In this document: in pieces, positions 29,460 through 31,502 of the stretch
Numbering within the stretch: the stretch's first letter is position 1
How the letters are laid out: every line of letters starts with the position of its first letter
Origin: a virus
Taxonomy: Duplodnaviria; Heunggongvirae; Uroviricota; Caudoviricetes
DNA length: 31,502 bases
Virus record (IMG/VR): IMGVR_UViG_2531839662_000032
Reading direction: 5' to 3' (one strand)
Made by a program: the position numbers and the translations under genes
The notes under the pieces: model-generated
The model's database searches: none
Told to the model about the DNA's origin: nothing
The model's input: the letters and a program-made list of their open reading frames with translations, nothing else

Positions 29460-30737
29460 ATGGCCGTCAATCTTACTGAAACAGCCATCCGAGCATTGAA
29501 AGCAAAAAAGACATCGTTCTATGTCTGGAGCAACAGCTCTCAACGTGGCACTGGACGACTTGGTGTCAAAGTTCAGTCTTCTGGCAGCAAGATTTTCTAT
29601 TTCCGCTATTACGTGGAAAAAGGGAAAAAAGAAAGATTCATTCAATTGGGTATATGGCCTGAGATGAAACTGGCCACAGCGAATGAACTGGCAAAAAAGT
29701 ATGGTGCCTGGCTCATTGAAGGAAAGGATCCCCAGGCAGAACTGGAACGACAACAGTTTGCAGAACAGCAGCGGATACAACTCCATCAATCACAGGGCTC
29801 ATTTGAAGCATTGATTCATGGTTATGTTAACAAAATGAAAATTGATAATAAGAGGACATGGCAGGATGTTCTGAAACGCCTTGAAAATGAATGCTATACA
29901 GTGATCCCCCGTGAAACTAAAGCTAAAGATGTGACTTCCGGACAGATTAAACATATCCTGGCCGGGATCATTCAGCGTGGTGCTGTGGTTCACTCTAACC
30001 GGATCCGTTCTTACCTGATGGCTGCATTTAACTATGGACTGAAAGCAGATAACGATCCGATGAACACAAGTGCAGGGATTACTTTTGGGCTGGAGGCAAA
30101 TCCGGTGTCAGTGATACCGAAACAGTCATCTGCTGAAAAAGTCGGTGATACCTGGCTGACACTTGAAGAGTTGCGTTTTCTAATGGAACATTTTGCTGAA
30201 GCAACCAACGTTGGATTATTGATGCAACATTTGATCCGATTCTGTATCTATACCGGAGGGCAACGTCCCTTCGAAATGATCGCCAGTCAGTGGTGTGATG
30301 TTGATTTTCAACAAAAAACGCTGCTGGTGACTGCTGATGTCTCTAAAAATAAACGAGAGCATTTGATACCGTTGACTGAATCAGCATTACAGGAATTATC
30401 CTGTGTGCAGGAGTTAACAAAAGAAAAATCCAGCCCTTACATTTTTCCACTTTCGACTAATGGTAAGCGTCCGGTTCGTACGGACAGTCTGGCTCGCGCT
30501 ATCATGTATTTCCGGGCTTTTAATCCTGACTTTAAAATTTTTACAGCACGTGACTTACGTCGGACCTGTAAAACGTTAATGGGAGAAGCTGGGATCAGTA
30601 AGGAAATCCGCGATCGTATTCAAAATCATGCGTTGAACGATGTCAGTTCAAAACATTATGATCGATACGATTATTTGCCAGAAAAACGCAGAGCACTTGA
30701 GATCTGGGAGGACCGGGTTAATAACTATCAACAGTAA
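29460..30737 (+). CDS. P4-type tyrosine integrase
   Basis: N-terminal arm-binding domain LTETAIRALKAKKTSFYVWSNSSQRGTGRLGVKVQSSGSKIFYFRY is P4-integrase-like; C-terminal catalytic region with ...TARDLRRT... and ...HYDRYDY. GAGG RBS 4 nt upstream. Sits about 200 bp from the tRNA-Ile fragment. Confidence 0.85.
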   Translation: MAVNLTETAIRALKAKKTSFYVWSNSSQRGTGRLGVKVQSSGSKIFYFRYYVEKGKKERFIQLGIWPEMKLATANELAKKYGAWLIEGKDPQAELERQQFAEQQRIQLHQSQGSFEALIHGYVNKMKIDNKRTWQDVLKRLENECYTVIPRETKAKDVTSGQIKHILAGIIQRGAVVHSNRIRSYLMAAFNYGLKADNDPMNTSAGITFGLEANPVSVIPKQSSAEKVGDTWLTLEELRFLMEHFAEATNVGLLMQHLIRFCIYTGGQRPFEMIASQWCDVDFQQKTLLVTADVSKNKREHLIPLTESALQELSCVQELTKEKSSPYIFPLSTNGKRPVRTDSLARAIMYFRAFNPDFKIFTARDLRRTCKTLMGEAGISKEIRDRIQNHALNDVSSKHYDRYDYLPEKRRALEIWEDRVNNYQQ

Positions 30738-30905
30738 ACAGGCAATAATGTTGTCAATCTGTTTGGCAGAAGGTGAGGGAGTTCCTGGTCGCTGTACGAA
30801 TTGTGTACAATCGATGGGTATTGTTGATGCACTTGGTTCTTGTATTGTTTACTATAATTATTGAGGTAAATTTTCGTGCCGGTATTACTCAGAGGGGATT
30901 CAAAA

Positions 30906-31502
30906 ATGGCTGTAATTCCAATGTCTTACTCCCCTGCTACTGTAGCTCGTCGTTTTTCGATACTGGATGGAGTAACTATTCAGGGCGTGCTTTACCAGAT
31001 CATCTGGGATCCAAAGACTCCGTTTGCTGCGGTAATCGAAGCTGCACCTTCTGTTATTGATGGTGATGTTCGCCATAAGGTTGTTGCCACTCTGGAGCTT
31101 CAGCGTCGTCCCCGGCTTGAAGGCGTGTTTGTCCAGAAATTCTGGGAAGAACAGGATGTTGCTCAGATTGAAGGGATTGTTGTCGATGGCGCTGTACGTG
31201 ATGTTGGTCTTGCAACGTTTGTTTATGAAACGATAGTCACAAAAGCGGGCGTTGTACTATTAAGTGATAACGAGCAATATGAAGGAGGTAAAGCTCTCTG
31301 GCAGCATATTGCGCGTCGTTCAACGAATCTGAAGGTGTTTATTTTAGATACTGATTCCGCACGGTATTACCCGTTTGATGGCGAACGGATCAGTTATGAC
31401 GGGAAAAGCATCCCGGAATCAGAAATCTGGAGTGAACATCCTGAGCGAAACAGACACGCTGTCGTTCTTGTGGCTGAATCTGTTAATGGTAAAGCCGCAT
31501 AA
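30906..31502 (+). CDS. Hypothetical protein (198 aa), first cargo gene after the P4-type integrase
   Basis: AGAGGGG RBS 8 nt upstream of ATG 30906. No motif recognised. Stop TAA coincides with the window end. Confidence 0.5.
   Translation: MAVIPMSYSPATVARRFSILDGVTIQGVLYQIIWDPKTPFAAVIEAAPSVIDGDVRHKVVATLELQRRPRLEGVFVQKFWEEQDVAQIEGIVVDGAVRDVGLATFVYETIVTKAGVVLLSDNEQYEGGKALWQHIARRSTNLKVFILDTDSARYYPFDGERISYDGKSIPESEIWSEHPERNRHAVVLVAESVNGKAA

Noticed and set aside
30640-31060. Track ORFs 30640-30864 and 30773-31060 (74 and 95 codons)
   Set aside because: The first overlaps the integrase 3' end and the second is out of frame within the better-supported 30906-31502 gene; neither has an RBS.

Overview
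This window looks like an enterobacterial (E. coli-type) ssrA locus carrying stacked horizontally acquired DNA; all protein calls rest on motif and family recognition by eye, with no database search run. (1) 40-402: the tmRNA gene ssrA. (2) About 403-21411: a roughly 21-kb decayed lambdoid prophage at the ssrA 3' end, bracketed by imperfect direct repeats of about 146 bp (373-518 and 21412-21556). From the ssrA side it carries an EcoRII-type restriction-modification pair, a GIY-YIG nuclease gene stub, a 3'-truncated side tail fiber gene, lom, an N-truncated J fused to a V fragment, U, a Z fragment, a head-like fragment, a C-terminal methyltransferase domain ORF, a phage Dam methyltransferase, a PerC-like regulator, a replication initiator with internal iterons, three unknown coupled ORFs, a Cro/CI immunity switch with operators, a 740-bp structured non-coding leader, an HD-hydrolase/DUF551/small-ORF operon, xis and int. 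Between int and the distal repeat sits an AT-rich two-gene cargo module: a DarT-like DNA ADP-ribosyltransferase followed by a coupled partner that lacks macrodomain motifs. No lysis, terminase, portal or Q genes are present, so the prophage is cryptic. (3) 21601-28466: the autotransporter ypjA, invertase and IS3-family transposase remnants, and a ypjB/ypjC-like frame split by one amber codon. (4) 29217-31502: a 47-nt 3' fragment of tRNA-Ile(CAU), then a P4-type integrase and one unknown ORF, marking the edge of a second island. The DarT-like module is the most interesting candidate system; the structured leader and the several precise deletion/fusion junctions are the main unexplained structures.
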